This document shows, piece after piece, positions 62,403 through 64,000 of a stretch of DNA of 64,000 nt (its first letter is position 1; every line of letters begins with the position of its first letter). A program made the translations under genes and the position numbers. A model generated the notes under the pieces. The model was not told the DNA's origin, made no database searches, and saw nothing but the letters and a program-made list of their open reading frames with translations. The stretch is taken from contig NC_045696.1 in the NCBI RefSeq assembly GCF_009834535.1, positions 42,596,001-42,660,000 on the forward strand, read 5' to 3'. This DNA is from Camelus ferus (taxonomy: Eukaryota).

Positions 62403-64000
62403 GATGCACGAATTTGTCTGAAAAATAATCTTTGTTTATTTTTATTTGTGGTCTGTAAGGGGAACCGTTTTTCTCTGTGTTTCACGTGCGATTTAGCTAT
62501 TCTATGTATCACCTGACTTATGTTGGTGTGGAGAACAGATAGACTACTGTGGATGTCCTGGAGTTTATCTGTTTTCTGTGATAGGTACTGCGCGTGAAGT
62601 AAACTGGGCAGACGAGCAGGTGTTATTAAATACCTTTCTCAAAGACTTTTCATAGCTTTGGAGAAGCAGACAAAAGCCTAGGTAAAAGTGGGCCGACTGC
62701 TCAATAAATTTCTAAATTTTTTGAACATCCAGAATTTGCCCAGGACTAGGAGATGACCTGTGGTTATACTGCTGGATATGGGATACCATCTACTAAAGAA
62801 AGAGGAAAAAACAACATTACTTATTCGGGTCATTCAGAACTAGGGGATTTGATGAGAGAAACTGCCACAAAAGTGCTTCCTGAGACAGATGCCAAGTTCT
62901 GGCAAATTTTACAGCAGTGAATTTTCATTTGCAACTGTTTTCATTAAACCGCAAGAGCCTTTGAGTCATGGCCTGGGGTAATTCTGAAATAGGAGACTTG
63001 AGAGAGAATAGTATGGAAATGCAAAGTGGGTTGGCTCTTTGACTCAATCACTGTAAACCAAGTACCCTTTGTGTTGTTTTAGTACAATCACTGCCTTGAA
63101 AAACCAGCACTCCCACCAAGCTGCAGTCCTTGAGTTTGTAGTCAACATGTTAAATCCTTGTGCTTGGCTGTTTTAACTATTGGTTTCCCTACTGAGTCCC
63201 CAAAGAAACATTGGTTGAGCATCCAGCTATGCCTGGGGCAAGACGTTGATTACCGAACAGTCAGAAGCAAAATAAACGCTCTGCAGATATATTAGAGAAC
63301 AAAAAGACTGGCTTTGGAACAATGGAGAAAAATTGCAATTAGGCTTTTTCTTCCCTCCCTGCAAGCTAGGCTTTGCCCTGTGTTATTTATTGTGTATCTT
63401 TGTCAACTGGTCTCTTGGCCTATCACAATGCTTTCTACATTTTGATAGAATGGTAATAAAAGGGCAAACTTATTTATTACTTTCGTCTCTTAATTGAATG
63501 TCAGTCACTTTCCATTCAAAAAGAAATGGCTTTTGGTGTAATTGAGAAATTCACTGATCTTTTCCTATTCTGCTCTAATATTTTAGTACATACATTTCCT
63601 TTTATTTTACTATTTATAAAGTCGTTATAAATCAAACCAATTGCAGCATAACAGGAAATGGTTGACATTTTCTATCTCAAAGACTCATTCATAATTTCCC
63701 AATTACATGTAGTTTAAATACATAGCATCCAATCTGCAGTCTTTGAAATGGTGCCAAATTCCATCTGCTTTCCTGCACATCAGCATGACATGAGAGAGCA
63801 CTTATGAGAACTCTAACTTGAACACAAACTTCTCTCAATAGAACCTTACTGTTAATTTGCAATTTTCTGTTCAATAACCTTCTCTTATATAAATGCACAG
63901 TTTTATTGATTTCATATCTGGCTGCTTACTGACCTCTACTAACAACCTATCAGCCTTTTTTTCCCATTTAGACCAGGGGGAGCTGATACCTCTTCCAAAA

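Overview
AT-rich mammalian genomic DNA, most likely camelid, judged from three tRNA-derived Vic-1-like SINEs and matching young L1 3' ends. It is dense in old interspersed repeats (MIR, L2, L1M, MaLR/MLT, LTR16/33, MER) and contains no host protein-coding exon I can identify. The dominant feature is a two-LTR, decayed class III (ERV-S/HERV-S-like) endogenous retrovirus at 33189-39586 on the + strand. It has LTRs of 381 and 379 bp (about 7% diverged by manual count), a perfect 5-bp TSD (CTCAC), a tRNA-Ser PBS, gag and pro-pol in one frame separated by a TAG, a degenerate dUTPase-like domain after integrase, and a gamma-type env. The most striking observation is that env has no ATG or signal peptide of its own. 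Instead, a hydrophobic 43-codon ORF starts inside the LTR near the R/U5 border, runs through U5 and the PBS, and ends at a consensus splice donor (33592/33593). That donor joins in frame to a strong acceptor (38041/38042) just before the mature SU N-terminus, implying an LTR/PBS-encoded Env leader peptide. In this copy the spliced frame is uninterrupted for 264 aa and stops at the SU/TM boundary, predicting a secreted SU-only protein. Repeat family names come from my recall of consensus sequences, and most old-repeat boundaries are approximate.
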